From Escherichia coli (GTDB lineage Bacteria > Pseudomonadota > Gammaproteobacteria > Enterobacterales > Enterobacteriaceae), in the NCBI RefSeq assembly GCF_016026235.1, contig NZ_CP065613.1: 64,000 bases of DNA. One strand, given 5' to 3'. Under the pieces are notes generated by a model, which worked only from the letters and a program-made list of their open reading frames with translations, was not told the DNA's origin and did no database searches. The translations under genes and the position numbers were made by a program. Within the stretch, counting starts at the first letter, position 1, and the number at the start of each line of letters is the position of its first letter. Below are positions 13,871 to 24,848 of the stretch, piece by piece.

Positions 13871-15190
13871 TCAGTGCAATACGGCGTTAATGGCTAACAC
13901 GCCCAGCAAACCCATAATAGAAATAAGGGTTTCCATCACCGTCCAGGTACGCAACGTTTCACCAACCGTCAGATTAAAATACCCTTTAAATAGCCAGAAG
14001 CCAGGGTCGTTTACGTGTGACGCGATCACGCTGCCCGCACCGGTTGCCAGTACCATTAAAGCGGGATCGGCATGGGTAACGTTGATAATCGGCAACACCA
14101 CACCCGCGGTGGTAATGGCCGCGACGGTGGCAGAGCCCAGAGCGATACGCAACAGCGCCGCAACAGTCCAGCACATCAATAACGGCGAAAGCGTAGTTCC
14201 GGTCATTAAGTGTGAAATATAGTGCCCGACACCGCTATCTACTAATACCTGCTTAAACGCGCCGCCGCCAGCGATAATAAACACAATCATCGCGATAGCG
14301 CCTATAGAATCCCCAATGATATCCATGATTTGCTCGATGGTGCGTCCATTACGTCGGCCCAGTGTGAAAATCGCAATAACAATGGCAATAAACAGCGCAA
14401 CGGCAGGGTTACCGACAAATTCAAAGAAGAGGCGCACGGTGTTAGTTTTCGGTAACGTAATTTCACAAACGGCGGCGATAGCCATCAGGATGACCGGGAT
14501 CACGGCAGCGAAAATACTGTTCCAGAAGGAGGGCATCTCCTCTTCGCTAAACAGATGAGGATTAAATAAGCCTTCCGGTGGTGCTTTCTCAAAGCGAGTT
14601 AGCAGTTTAGAAAACAGCGGTCCTGCGACAATAACTGTCGGAATGGTAATGATAAATCCATACAGTAAAGTCGTTCCGAGATTAGCCTCAAAGATAGTCG
14701 CGATGGCAGTAGGCCCTGGATGTGGCGGCAGAAAACAGTGGGTTACAGAGAGCGCTGCTACCATTGGTACGCCAACATACAACAGGGGTAATCCTGATGA
14801 TGCTACGATGGTAAATACCAACGGCAACAGCAGGACAAAACCCACTTCAAAAAACATGGCGAGGCCCACAACCAGACCAGTGATCACTAGCGCCCATTGC
14901 ACGCGTTTTTTACCAAAAGTAGCAATCAGCGTAGTGGCGATACGTTGTGCCGCACCCGTATCAGAAATCAGCTTGCCTAACATGGCCCCGAAACCGAGGA
15001 TCATTGCCAGCCCACCGAGCGTGCTGCCGATACCATTTTGTATAGAGTGCAGGACGGCCTGTGCATCCATCCCTTCGGCAAATCCGACGACGGCAGCTAC
15101 CAGAACGAGGGCAATAAAGCCGTTAACTTTAAAGCCGATCATCAGGATAAGAAGCAGCGCGACGCCTGCCGCAATAATGATTAATGGCAT
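13871..15190 (-). CDS. idnT: GntP-family L-idonate/5-ketogluconate transporter IdnT
   Basis: 439-aa polytopic membrane protein in idn operon context. Confidence 0.92.
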   Translation of the reverse strand: MPLIIIAAGVALLLILMIGFKVNGFIALVLVAAVVGFAEGMDAQAVLHSIQNGIGSTLGGLAMILGFGAMLGKLISDTGAAQRIATTLIATFGKKRVQWALVITGLVVGLAMFFEVGFVLLLPLVFTIVASSGLPLLYVGVPMVAALSVTHCFLPPHPGPTAIATIFEANLGTTLLYGFIITIPTVIVAGPLFSKLLTRFEKAPPEGLFNPHLFSEEEMPSFWNSIFAAVIPVILMAIAAVCEITLPKTNTVRLFFEFVGNPAVALFIAIVIAIFTLGRRNGRTIEQIMDIIGDSIGAIAMIVFIIAGGGAFKQVLVDSGVGHYISHLMTGTTLSPLLMCWTVAALLRIALGSATVAAITTAGVVLPIINVTHADPALMVLATGAGSVIASHVNDPGFWLFKGYFNLTVGETLRTWTVMETLISIMGLLGVLAINAVLH

Positions 15191-15254
15191 AGTCTTTATC
15201 TCTTATTAGTGCCAGAAAAGCAGCGCTTTCGCGCTGCACGTAGGGTAGTAGGTG

Positions 15255-16019
15255 TTAAACAGCCACTAACATGCCGCCATCAACAAACAACAGGTGGCCG
15301 TTTACGAAATCAGAGGCTTTTGAAGAAAGGAACACCGCAGCACCAATCAGTTCCTGCGGATCTCCCCAGCGTGCGGCGGGGGTCCGTTTGCACAACCAGG
15401 CGGTGAAGGCTTCGTCCTCAACCAGTGCTTTAGTCATTTCTGTTTTGAAATAGCCCGGCGCAATACCGTTGACCTGAATATTGTGGCGCGCCAGCTCGAC
15501 GCACATGCCGCGGGTGAGCATTTTTACCGCCCCTTTCGATGCGGCATAAGGGGTGATGGTGTCACGTCCCAGTTCGCTTTGCATCGAGCAAATATTAATA
15601 ACTTTACCTGCCTTGCGTTCAACCATGTGACGAGTTACCGCTTGCGATACCAGGAACACGGCGGTCTGGTTTACTGCGATCACATCATTCCACTCTTGTT
15701 CAGGGAACTCAGTAAAAGGATGACGGCGCTGGATACCGGCGTTATTCACCAGCACATCAATGGGGCCGATGTCCTTTTCGATATGTTCAACGGCGGCATC
15801 AATTTCATGTTTATGAGTAACATTAAAAGGTGCGGCAACGGCCTGAATATCCTCCTGGTGGAGTTTTTCTACAGCAAGTTCTGCGCGTTCGGCAGTAATA
15901 TCATTAATAATTATTTGTGCGCCATATTTACCCAGGCCGGTTGCCAGTAAAAAGCCAATGCCCTGTGCTGAACCGGTAATCAAGATATTTTTTCCTGCCA
16001 GTGAAAATAGATCGTTCAT
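15255..16019 (-). CDS. idnO: 5-keto-D-gluconate 5-reductase (SDR family) IdnO
   Basis: 254-aa SDR with TGSAQGIG cofactor motif. Confidence 0.92.
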   Translation of the reverse strand: MNDLFSLAGKNILITGSAQGIGFLLATGLGKYGAQIIINDITAERAELAVEKLHQEDIQAVAAPFNVTHKHEIDAAVEHIEKDIGPIDVLVNNAGIQRRHPFTEFPEQEWNDVIAVNQTAVFLVSQAVTRHMVERKAGKVINICSMQSELGRDTITPYAASKGAVKMLTRGMCVELARHNIQVNGIAPGYFKTEMTKALVEDEAFTAWLCKRTPAARWGDPQELIGAAVFLSSKASDFVNGHLLFVDGGMLVAV

Positions 16020-16042
16020 TGTATTATTCCTTTATTTATCTC

Positions 16043-17074
16043 TTAGAAAACAAGCTGGACTTTTGCTGCCTGGGTTTTATCACCGGCGAAACGTAGCGCC
16101 TCTTCCAGGTCAGTGAAGGGATATTCAGCACTCAGTAAAGGCAGTGGATTGATAACGCCATTCGCCAGCCATGACACTGCGGTATTAAATTCGCTGGTAA
16201 AACGGAAAGAGCCTTTGAGTGAAATCTCCTTACCAATCAATGTCATCATTGGGAATTCTGCCATCGCGCCTCCCATACCTACCTGCACCATTACGCCGCG
16301 TGCACGAGTGACCTCCAGACAGGTATTCACTGATGAAGGATGACCGGACACTTCAAAGCTGACATCGAAATAGCCTTTTTCCGCTTTCCAGTGATCCATG
16401 TCGTCGTTTTGTGGGTTTACGAGCACATCCGCCCCCATCTCTTTACCCAGCGAAAGGGAACGGGGACTCACATCGGCACAGACAATTTCCGCGGCCCCCA
16501 GTGTTTTCACAGCACTGACAATCAGGCAGCCAATGGGCCCAACACCAGAAATAAATACTCGCTTGCCCTGTAACTCGCCGGCCTGATGTGCGGCATGAAT
16601 CGCGACGGCTAAAGGTTCGGCAAAAGCCATAACCTTTTCGTCAGCTTTGGCCGGATAAGGGACACATTGCGACGTTTCGACCATTTTATAACGGGTAAAA
16701 CCACCATCAACATGAGGGAAATACATGGCACTGCCAAAAAAACGCATATCTGTACACTGATTCTCGTTATGTTCAATGCAGTATTTGCAGTGACCGCACG
16801 GTTTAGACGGATTAATGGCTACCGTTTGCCCTTCATGTAATTCTGATGAGTCGCTATGAATAACTTTACCGATAACTTCATGACCTAACACCATCGGTGC
16901 CTTTATCATGAAATTACCTACTTTTCCTTCCTGATAATAATGTAAATCGGAACCGCAAATTCCACCTCGGGTTATTTGTACTAATGTTCCATTATTATTC
17001 CAATCTATCGTCTGCTCGGTAACGGCAACAGTTTTCTTGCCCGCAACAACGCAGGACTGTGTTTTCACTTGCAT
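16043..17074 (-). CDS. idnD: L-idonate 5-dehydrogenase (zinc MDR family) IdnD
   Basis: 343-aa zinc-ADH fold (GHE, CxxCxxC motifs). Confidence 0.92.
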   Translation of the reverse strand: MQVKTQSCVVAGKKTVAVTEQTIDWNNNGTLVQITRGGICGSDLHYYQEGKVGNFMIKAPMVLGHEVIGKVIHSDSSELHEGQTVAINPSKPCGHCKYCIEHNENQCTDMRFFGSAMYFPHVDGGFTRYKMVETSQCVPYPAKADEKVMAFAEPLAVAIHAAHQAGELQGKRVFISGVGPIGCLIVSAVKTLGAAEIVCADVSPRSLSLGKEMGADVLVNPQNDDMDHWKAEKGYFDVSFEVSGHPSSVNTCLEVTRARGVMVQVGMGGAMAEFPMMTLIGKEISLKGSFRFTSEFNTAVSWLANGVINPLPLLSAEYPFTDLEEALRFAGDKTQAAKVQLVF

Positions 17075-17290
17075 AAATTCCTCACTGGTCAGGTAGACAC
17101 CTCGGAAGCATTTAAGCGGTTTTAATTGTTATTATTTGTGATGAAGATCACGTCAGAAAATTGTTACATTACTATGTTACGCATAACGTGATGTGCCTTG
17201 TAATTCTTATCAGCAGAAATAAAAAAACGTGAAATTATTATGCCACCAGGCGTAGTATCGCAGCAGGTAAGATGATTCAGGAGATTTTAA

Positions 17291-17854
17291 ATGGCGGGTG
17301 AAAGCTTTATTTTGATGGGCGTTTCAGGGAGTGGTAAAACATTAATTGGTAGCAAGGTTGCCGCGTTATTATCTGCTAAATTTATTGATGGTGACGATCT
17401 TCATCCAGCCAAAAATATAGATAAAATGTCGCAGGGTATTCCATTATCTGATGAAGATCGACTTCCCTGGCTGGAACGCTTAAATGATGCTTCATACAGT
17501 CTTTATAAAAAGAATGAAACAGGATTTATTGTCTGTTCATCATTAAAAAAACAGTATCGTGATATTTTACGCAAGGGTAGCCCCCATGTTCATTTCCTCT
17601 GGTTAGATGGCGACTATGAAACTATTCTCGCGCGAATGCAGCGTCGGGCTGGGCATTTTATGCCGGTAGCGTTACTAAAAAGTCAGTTTGAGGCACTGGA
17701 GCGTCCACAAGAAGATGAACAGGATATTGTGCGCATTGATATCAACCATGATATTGCCAATGTCACTGAACAATGTCGGCAGGCTGTGCTGGCGATACGA
17801 CAAAACAGAATATGTGCGAAAGAGGGCAGCGCCTCAGATCAGCGCTGCGAATGA
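17291..17854 (+). CDS. idnK: gluconokinase IdnK
   Basis: 187-aa P-loop kinase (GVSGSGKT), divergent from idnD. Confidence 0.92.
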   Translation: MAGESFILMGVSGSGKTLIGSKVAALLSAKFIDGDDLHPAKNIDKMSQGIPLSDEDRLPWLERLNDASYSLYKKNETGFIVCSSLKKQYRDILRKGSPHVHFLWLDGDYETILARMQRRAGHFMPVALLKSQFEALERPQEDEQDIVRIDINHDIANVTEQCRQAVLAIRQNRICAKEGSASDQRCE

Positions 17855-17857
17855 TTT

Positions 17858-18877
17858 TCAAAAATCGGCTTTCAACACCACGCGGTAACGCGCCTTACCG
17901 TCGCGCACATGCTGGATGGCGTCGTTAATTTTCGACATCGGGAACAATTCGGTAGTCGGCGCAACCTTGCTGCGGGCGGCAAAACGCATCAGCTTACGCA
18001 ACTCATAAGGCGTGCCAGTAGCAGAGCCAGAGACACTGCGATCGCCCGCAATTAACGTAAAGGCCGGAACAGACAGCGGCGTGAGAACCGCACCGACCGT
18101 ATGGAAATTACCGCCATACGTCAGCGCCTCAAAATAAGGCTGCCAGTCGAGGCTGACGTTCACAGTATTGATAATGAGATCAAACTGCCCCGCCAGAGTT
18201 TTCAGTGCCTGCGGATCGCGGCTATTCACCACTTTATCGGCACCCATCGCCAGTACTTCCTGCTCTTTCGCCGGATTTGAACTAAAGGCTGTCACCTCGC
18301 ATCCCATTGCGTGCAGAAGTTTTATAGCGATATGCCCCAGCCCGCCAATACCAATTACCCCAACGCGGCTGGTAGCAGTGATATGGTGCATCAACAGTGG
18401 TTTAAAGACCGTGATACCGCCGCACAACAGCGGCCCGGCGGACTCGATATCAATATTTTCTGGCAGTGGAATCACCCATTGCCAGTCCGCACGCAACTTC
18501 TCGGCAAAGCCACCGCGATTCATAATCGTCGGCACCGCACCTTGCTCGCAGTTGATCTGATTACCGCTAATACAGGCGTCGCAGTGACCACAGCTACGCG
18601 CCGTCCAGCCAATCCCGACACGCTGACCGACCTGCAAACCTTTATCCTGCGCGGCGCTCCCGAGTGCCACCACGCGCCCAATCACCTCATGCCCGGCAAC
18701 CAGCGGATACTGTGAAAATCCCCATTCGTTATCGATCATCGACAGATCGGAATGGCAGATCCCGCAGTAATCCACCTGCACTTCAATATCTTGTGGCTTC
18801 AGCTCACCGGGATCGTACTCATAAACTTCCAGTTCTCCGCCCGCTTCTTTTGCGGCATAGCTTTTTATCATCGACAT
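17858..18877 (-). CDS. ahr: NADPH-dependent aldehyde reductase Ahr (YjgB)
   Basis: Zinc-ADH family; start at [11 protein letters not shown] giving 339 aa. Confidence 0.9.
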   Translation of the reverse strand: MSMIKSYAAKEAGGELEVYEYDPGELKPQDIEVQVDYCGICHSDLSMIDNEWGFSQYPLVAGHEVIGRVVALGSAAQDKGLQVGQRVGIGWTARSCGHCDACISGNQINCEQGAVPTIMNRGGFAEKLRADWQWVIPLPENIDIESAGPLLCGGITVFKPLLMHHITATSRVGVIGIGGLGHIAIKLLHAMGCEVTAFSSNPAKEQEVLAMGADKVVNSRDPQALKTLAGQFDLIINTVNVSLDWQPYFEALTYGGNFHTVGAVLTPLSVPAFTLIAGDRSVSGSATGTPYELRKLMRFAARSKVAPTTELFPMSKINDAIQHVRDGKARYRVVLKADF

Positions 18878-19015
18878 TTTTTGGTCCTTCTCTGGTGTTG
18901 TCTGGGAAGTGTAGAGCATGGCAGGGCGGGGTGCCTGGAGTGTGACAAAGGTTACACATCGCGGTATGCAATGCTGAAAATTTCAGCACTTAGCGAGGTG
19001 CGAGCAAGCTGGCGC

Positions 19016-19043
19016 TTGCATGGTGGTGCGTGACAGGTATAAT
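19016..19043 (+). promoter_or_regulatory. putative sigma70 promoter of leuX (-35 TTGCAT, -10 TATAAT)
   Basis: TTGCAT and TATAAT hexamers with ~16-17 bp spacing about 30 bp upstream of the tRNA 5' end. Confidence 0.5.
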
Positions 19044-19072
19044 TCACAACGTTTTCCGCATACCTCTTCAGT

Positions 19073-19157
19073 GCCGAAGTGGCGAAATCGGTAGACGCAG
19101 TTGATTCAAAATCAACCGTAGAAATACGTGCCGGTTCGAGTCCGGCCTTCGGCACCA
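19073..19157 (+). tRNA. leuX: tRNA-Leu (anticodon CAA)
   Basis: 85-nt sequence GCCGAAGTGGCGAAATCGGTAGACGCAGTTGATTCAAAATCAACC...GGCACCA with CAA anticodon loop, long variable arm and 3' CCA. Confidence 0.9.
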
Positions 19158-19320
19158 TTAGTACTTCCAAGAACATCCGAGAAAGTCCAATTATTCCTTA
19201 AAAATCAATGCTTGCAGCGACTTTTACGTCCTGTGTCTTCCGAGGTTGTCCGTTGAAATCCGGATGTTATTGGGGGCATAATTGGGGGCATCTTAACTTC
19301 GATTAGAAATGTGCCCCCAA

Positions 19321-20577
19321 ATGAAGCTTAACGCCAGACAGGTCGAGACCGCAAAGCCAAAAGACAAAACCTACAAAATGGCCGATGGTGGCGGTTTGTA
19401 TCTTGAGGTTTCGGTCAAAGGTTCCAAATACTGGCGCATGAAATACAGACGTCCCTCTGACAAAAAAGAGGATCGCCTCGCTTTTGGTGTTTGGCCTACT
19501 GTGACGCTTGCTCAGGCAAGAGCAAAACGCGATGAAGCTAAAAAGCTTTTAGTACAGGGCATAGACCCAAAAGTCGTACAAAAAGAAGCTCAGGCCGAGA
19601 ATTCGGGGGCATATACTTTTGAAACTATCGCCCGAGAATGGCATGCCAGTAACAAGCGTTGGAGTGAAGACCATCGATCGCGTGTTCTTCGCTATCTTGA
19701 GCTTTATATCTTTCCTCATATTGGTTCGTCCGACATTCGGCAGCTTAAAACCAGCCACCTGTTAACCCCGATTAAAAAAGTTGATGCCAGTGGCAAACAC
19801 GATGTCGCTCAGCGCCTGCAACAGCGCGTCACGGCCATTATGCGTTATGCCGTACAGAACGATTACATCGACTCAAATCCAGCCAGCGATATGGCCGGTG
19901 CGCTATCGACAACCAAAGCGCGACATTACCCTGCTTTACCTTCTAGCCGGTTCCCTGAGTTTCTTGCACGTCTTGCTGCCTATCGCGGCCGCAAAATGAC
20001 GCGTATTGCAGTCGAGTTATCTCTACTTACCTTCGTTCGCTCTAGTGAGATGCGATTTGCCCGATGGGATGAGTTTGATTTTGATAACGCCTGCTGGCGG
20101 ATACCGGCGCGGCGTGAAGAAATCGAAGGTGTGCGTTACTCCTATCGTGGGATGAAGATGAAAGAGGAACATATTGTTCCATTGAGCACTCAGGCTCTAG
20201 CTTTGCTGGATGAGTTGAAGAAGCTTAGTGGAGATAATCCTAGACTGTTTCCCGGTGATCATGATCCCAATAAAGTTATGAGCGAAAACACAGTTAATAA
20301 TGCGCTCAGGACTATGGGCTACGACACACAAACGGAAGTATGTGGGCATGGTTTTAGAACAATGGCGCGTGGTGCTTTGGGGGAGTCGGGGCTTTGGAGT
20401 GATGATGCGATAGAACGTCAGTTAAGCCACTCGGAGCGCAATAATGTTCGTGCAGCTTATATCCATACTTCAGAGCATTTGGACGAACGTCGATTGATGA
20501 TGCAATGGTGGGCGGATTTCCTATCAGCAAATCGTGAGACTTTCGTAACACCATTTGATTTTGCAAAAAAATATTAA
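19321..20577 (+). CDS. intB: P4-type tyrosine integrase
   Basis: Begins MKLNARQVETAKPKDKTYK; C-terminal catalytic region with HGFR...R motifs; lies immediately 3' of a tRNA gene. Confidence 0.9.
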   Translation: MKLNARQVETAKPKDKTYKMADGGGLYLEVSVKGSKYWRMKYRRPSDKKEDRLAFGVWPTVTLAQARAKRDEAKKLLVQGIDPKVVQKEAQAENSGAYTFETIAREWHASNKRWSEDHRSRVLRYLELYIFPHIGSSDIRQLKTSHLLTPIKKVDASGKHDVAQRLQQRVTAIMRYAVQNDYIDSNPASDMAGALSTTKARHYPALPSSRFPEFLARLAAYRGRKMTRIAVELSLLTFVRSSEMRFARWDEFDFDNACWRIPARREEIEGVRYSYRGMKMKEEHIVPLSTQALALLDELKKLSGDNPRLFPGDHDPNKVMSENTVNNALRTMGYDTQTEVCGHGFRTMARGALGESGLWSDDAIERQLSHSERNNVRAAYIHTSEHLDERRLMMQWWADFLSANRETFVTPFDFAKKY

Positions 20578-20668
20578 TAATTGATTTTTTCTGTATGTTT
20601 TTGTTAGGTATTAATCAATTTCAGTTTTACTTTCATCTATAACAGACTTATACACGGAATGATGCGTT

Positions 20669-23409
20669 ATGATTACAAAAGATATAGTTGTTAGTGCATA
20701 TAATTGTCTTAAGTCATATGCTTACTACGAAAACTTAAATTTTTTCCTAAAGGAAGAAATCGCTCAATTTGAAGATTCTCTCTATGACGAAAAAATAGAA
20801 AAAGTGGTTGATTTTTTTGAAAATAATAATGACATTAACTTTAATGAGTGGCTAAATAAAATTGATGTTGAATTATTACCAAAAAAAATTGATAGCCATT
20901 TGGATATTGAGCAAACGAGCGGAGCTCTTTTTTTAAGTAATAATAAGACATCAGATGAATACAAAGTAGGTGCTGTAAATTATTTGATCGTTGCTCCTAT
21001 TGAAATATATTTAATAGAAACACTCTGGTCTATCTTTGTTGGTTCAATGCTAGATGACAAGTTTTCTGATTCGGTTTATGGAAATAGAATATCAAAAGTA
21101 ATAAAAAATATTCTAAGAATAGTTTCGATGCGCCAAAAAACTCCTCAAAAAATATCTTTGAAAGATACATTGATAATTATAATAAATGGCGAGATGGTGG
21201 TATCGATAAAGCGATAGAAGTTATAGAAAAAGAGCGAAATGATGTTGCAATTCTTTCTCTGGATCTTAAGGGTTTTTATTATAATATAGATATAGATTTT
21301 GATGCCATTGATAGAATTATTGACGAAGAACAATTAGAAGAAATTAAAGCTCTTTCTATGTTGTTGAATAGTAAATTGAGGTTGATGCATCAAAAATACA
21401 GAGAGAAAATATCTCCATATATTGGTGTGACACATTCAACTCCTTCATCAAAAGGCATTCCAATTGGATTTACTTCTTCTGCCATATTATCTAATTGGTA
21501 TTTAATGGGTTTTGATAAAGATATTAAATCAAAAATTAACCCATCGTACTACGGTCGCTATGTGGATGATATTCTTTTAGTTTTTTCATCCCCGGACATT
21601 AAAAAAGAAGATAAAGGTGAAGAAGTAATAAAATTCATAGAGCGAACCCTTAATGGATTCATTAAACAGGCAGCGAATGATGAGAAAGGCTTTACGTTGA
21701 CCGAGAGTTATCATGAATTACCAATTCAAAAGGATAAATTGATTTTTCATTATTTCAATAAAGATCATAGTTTGGCTGGTTTACAAGTCTTCAAACAAGA
21801 AATTGAGAACAGAAGCAGTGCATTTCGTTTTTTACCGGAAGAACATATATCTAGCGATCTCGATAAATTTGCTTATGATATATTACTTGATGGTTCGGCA
21901 AATAAATTTAGAAGTATTGTAGGTTTGGCAGAGAATGAAACTGAATTATCAAAATATATATCATCACATATCTTAGCTCATAGGCTTTGCAATCTTCCAT
22001 CGAATGAGAATACCTTAAAGCAAATAACGCTGTTTTTTAAAGGTGAAAATTCTCTAAGGTTCAGTCGGTTATGGGAGAAAGTTCTATCGTATACATTAAT
22101 TACAAGAAAATATGGATTTTCAATCGCCTTTTACAAACAAATTAAAGAATCAATTAATAAAATTAAGTGGAAGGAAGGTGATAGTGTTATATCTCCAAAA
22201 CTTAAAAATGGAATGCAGAAATACATTGATATTTCTCTTTGTTTGAATTTGGCTTTGTTAGATTTAAATGTCATTTTAGGTGATAAAGAGCCACAAAATA
22301 GAGCTTTGGAAGGTTTGAAATCTTTAATTAAACAGTCCGATGGAATGTCTGTTCTAATTGAAAGATTTAGAAGCAGTAATTTGATTCGTCATAATCTAGT
22401 GTCTTGGCCTTTAGCTAACTATACTAAATATAAAGGAGATCTTACTGAGGAGAATTTATACAGTAAGATGCATGGTATTCCACTTGATAATGATAAATTA
22501 AATAAAACCCCTAGATATATTCATGCTGATGAAAAGCAGCTTTTCGATTTGATTGATGCTCTTCATACAAGAAAACTACATAAGTTTACGCATGAAAATA
22601 AGCATCACTTAAAAAATTGCTCTGTTACTAAGATAAAAGATAATAAAGCTCTTGAAATAAAGGTAGGAATTGATGATAGAAGTGGTAATGACACAATAAA
22701 AGTTGCGTTGGCAAATATGAGAGTTGAACGTCGTAATATTGAAAGTGCTTGCAGAAAAGATCAGTCTCCAAATTTAAGTTATGAACGACAAAGAAACCTT
22801 TATCGTATTCTCAACTCGGCAACTGAAGAAAATGTGCAGATATTACTACTCCCTGAGTTATCAATTCCTGTGTCGTGGTTACCTTTTATGGCAGCACATT
22901 CAAGGAGAAAACAAATATCTTTGATTTTCGGATTAGAGCATTGGGTTATTAACGAACGCGCATATAATATTTTGGTTGAAATGCTGCCTTATACTTCAAA
23001 CTTTAAACACAAATCCAGTATGTTAGTTTTTCGAGTGAAAAATCATTACGCACCTAGTGAGATTACGATGCTGAATTCTTTAAGGTTAAAAATATCCTCT
23101 CCTAAACCTAGTAAACAACGGTATCATTTGATTAAGTGGAAAAACGTATCATTTTCTACATACAACTGTTTTGAACTGGCTAATATCGAGCATAGAGCAT
23201 TATTTCGTTCGCAGTTGGATATTTTATTTGCTTGCGTATGGAATCAAGATATAAATTATTATCAACATATCACTGAGTCAGCGACACGGGATTTACATTG
23301 TTATGTGGCTCAATCGAATACTTCGCATTATGGCGGTTCTTGTGTTCTACAACCGACCAGTAGCACTATTTCAAATAAGATATATGTAAAAGGTGGGGAA
23401 AACCACTGA
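20669..23409 (+). pseudogene. reverse transcriptase-nitrilase fusion (DRT1/UG1-like), with a -1 frame change near 21130-21155 and 3' end severed by IS insertion
   Basis: Frame switch between ORF 20669..21217 and the frame carrying RT motif A (AILSLDLKGFYYNID) and motif C (YGRYVDDILLVF); C-terminal nitrilase-superfamily triad motifs LLLPELSIP, FRVKNHYAPSE, STYNCFELAN; stop codon TGA supplied by the IS end. Confidence 0.7.
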
Positions 23410-24700
23410 GGGATCCCCAGAAAATTTAGTAAACCATTATCATATTGGTATACCGTTGCTGTAGAACTTTCAGCCCTGCGTCAAGTGACAGTGTGTTTAG
23501 TATGAGTGGAGAATGTCGAATCACATTCTCCGCCAGTTTTAATAACGAGATGACTCGCCTGTGCTTCACTGTATTTGCCTGATATTTATGATGTATCCCT
23601 TTGTTTTCCAGGCTGAAACCGCTTAACCACATAATGATACTGGCTAATGTTGCGATCAGACTCAATACCGTGACCCGCCCGGATGAATGACTGGCACCAA
23701 ACCGTAGTCCAAATCCCCAGCGAGGATTTTTTTCATCCCTGAAATTTTGCTCAATTTGCATTCTACGGCTGTATAATTTCATTACCTGTTTTGGCGAGAA
23801 CTCAGTACTGTTTGTGAAAATAAACCATGGTGATTTCCCGGCAGTACGAGCTTTAGCCGTCACCGATGGTCTGGTTGCTCTTTCCTTCGAGCGTTTAAAT
23901 CTACGACCTTTAGGCTTACTTTTATAAAGATAAAAATGCCCTTCATGTTGTGCATTTTTATCTCGACCCAGCAGGCCTTCACCTAAATAAATTGCTGTCG
24001 TTGATGCTTTTGTGCCTGAGTCCGACACCTTTTCCCAGCCATTACCAACATTGTAATAATGATTGCCCAGTACCCGGCAAATATAGGTCCAGCCACGGGA
24101 GCGGAGCTGTTGGAACCATCGCCCCTGAAAACCGGCATCTGTAATAACAATGACATCAGTCCCGGGGGAAAAGCACTCAGCAAGCGATTCCAGAAAACGC
24201 TCATGTACATCTGCATTCGCTGTCTGTGATGATGGAACGACACAACTCATCAACGGTAAAGAACGCCCGTCACATGCCAGGCTTGCCCGCAAAAGCTGAA
24301 AACGAGAGGCATGATAAGCACTCCAGTCAATGAGTATCACAACACGAGACATTCCCCGCGTAATCTTTTGGGTAATTCGCTGAAAAATGGTGGAAACCTC
24401 ATTTTGCAAATGTCGATTCCCCAACAGTCGATCCACCCGCTTTATTTTGTTTTTAACTGATGCCGTACCGGTTAAATGACGCCCGATACTGGTAAGTGTG
24501 AGGGAAGCGCCATTTATTACAGCATTAGTTGCGTCAATCAGTGATTTTTGACGGTAAAGATGCAAAGGGGCCAGTATGTTGTTAAGGAAATTTTGGCATA
24601 ATGAACGTGCAGGCATAGTGGTGATCTCCTTGAAATTGTTAGCACAATCAATTAGATCACATCTCACTATGCCTGTCTTGTTTTCTGGGGATTCCTCAGG
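23406..24700 (-). mobile_element. IS4-family insertion sequence (IS10-like), copy 2, flanked by 9-bp direct repeat GGAAAACCA
   Basis: Same element as copy 1 at a constant offset; duplicated 9-mer at 23397..23405 and 24701..24709. Confidence 0.85.
23426..24616 (-). CDS. IS4-family (IS10-like) DDE transposase
   Basis: Identical protein to copy 1; the ORF-track N-terminal extension crosses the IS boundary and is not part of the gene. Confidence 0.8.
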   Translation of the reverse strand: MPARSLCQNFLNNILAPLHLYRQKSLIDATNAVINGASLTLTSIGRHLTGTASVKNKIKRVDRLLGNRHLQNEVSTIFQRITQKITRGMSRVVILIDWSAYHASRFQLLRASLACDGRSLPLMSCVVPSSQTANADVHERFLESLAECFSPGTDVIVITDAGFQGRWFQQLRSRGWTYICRVLGNHYYNVGNGWEKVSDSGTKASTTAIYLGEGLLGRDKNAQHEGHFYLYKSKPKGRRFKRSKERATRPSVTAKARTAGKSPWFIFTNSTEFSPKQVMKLYSRRMQIEQNFRDEKNPRWGFGLRFGASHSSGRVTVLSLIATLASIIMWLSGFSLENKGIHHKYQANTVKHRRVISLLKLAENVIRHSPLILNTLSLDAGLKVLQQRYTNMIMVY

Positions 24701-24709
24701 GGAAAACCA

Positions 24710-24848
24710 TTGCATCCTAACTACTACTTTAAATATATATGCATTGAGAGAGGCTCAATATCGTTCATTCAGAATTAACTCCGATACTATTAAACACAAT
24801 CCTCCAGGGTTTGACTATAATGCTCTATTAGAGCGAGGTGAGAAATGA
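24710..24848 (+). pseudogene. displaced 3' end (last 45 codons) of the RT-nitrilase gene
   Basis: After removing the IS and one duplicated 9-mer the RT frame continues ...GGENH-CILTTTLNIYALREAQYRSF...ERGEK to TGA at 24846..24848. Confidence 0.65.

Noticed and set aside
20578-20668. Possible retron msr/msd RNA upstream of the RT
   Set aside because: Only ~90 bp of AT-rich sequence without the long inverted repeats expected for a retron; the C-terminal nitrilase domain indicates UG1/DRT1 rather than a retron
24617-24715. N-terminal extension of the transposase ORF in copy 2
   Set aside because: The extension crosses the IS boundary at 24700 into flanking DNA; the conserved start inside the element corresponds to MPARSLCQ
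24576-24848. 90-aa plus-strand ORF
   Set aside because: Chimeric frame running from the IS end into the displaced RT tail; the coding part is the RT remnant 24710..24848
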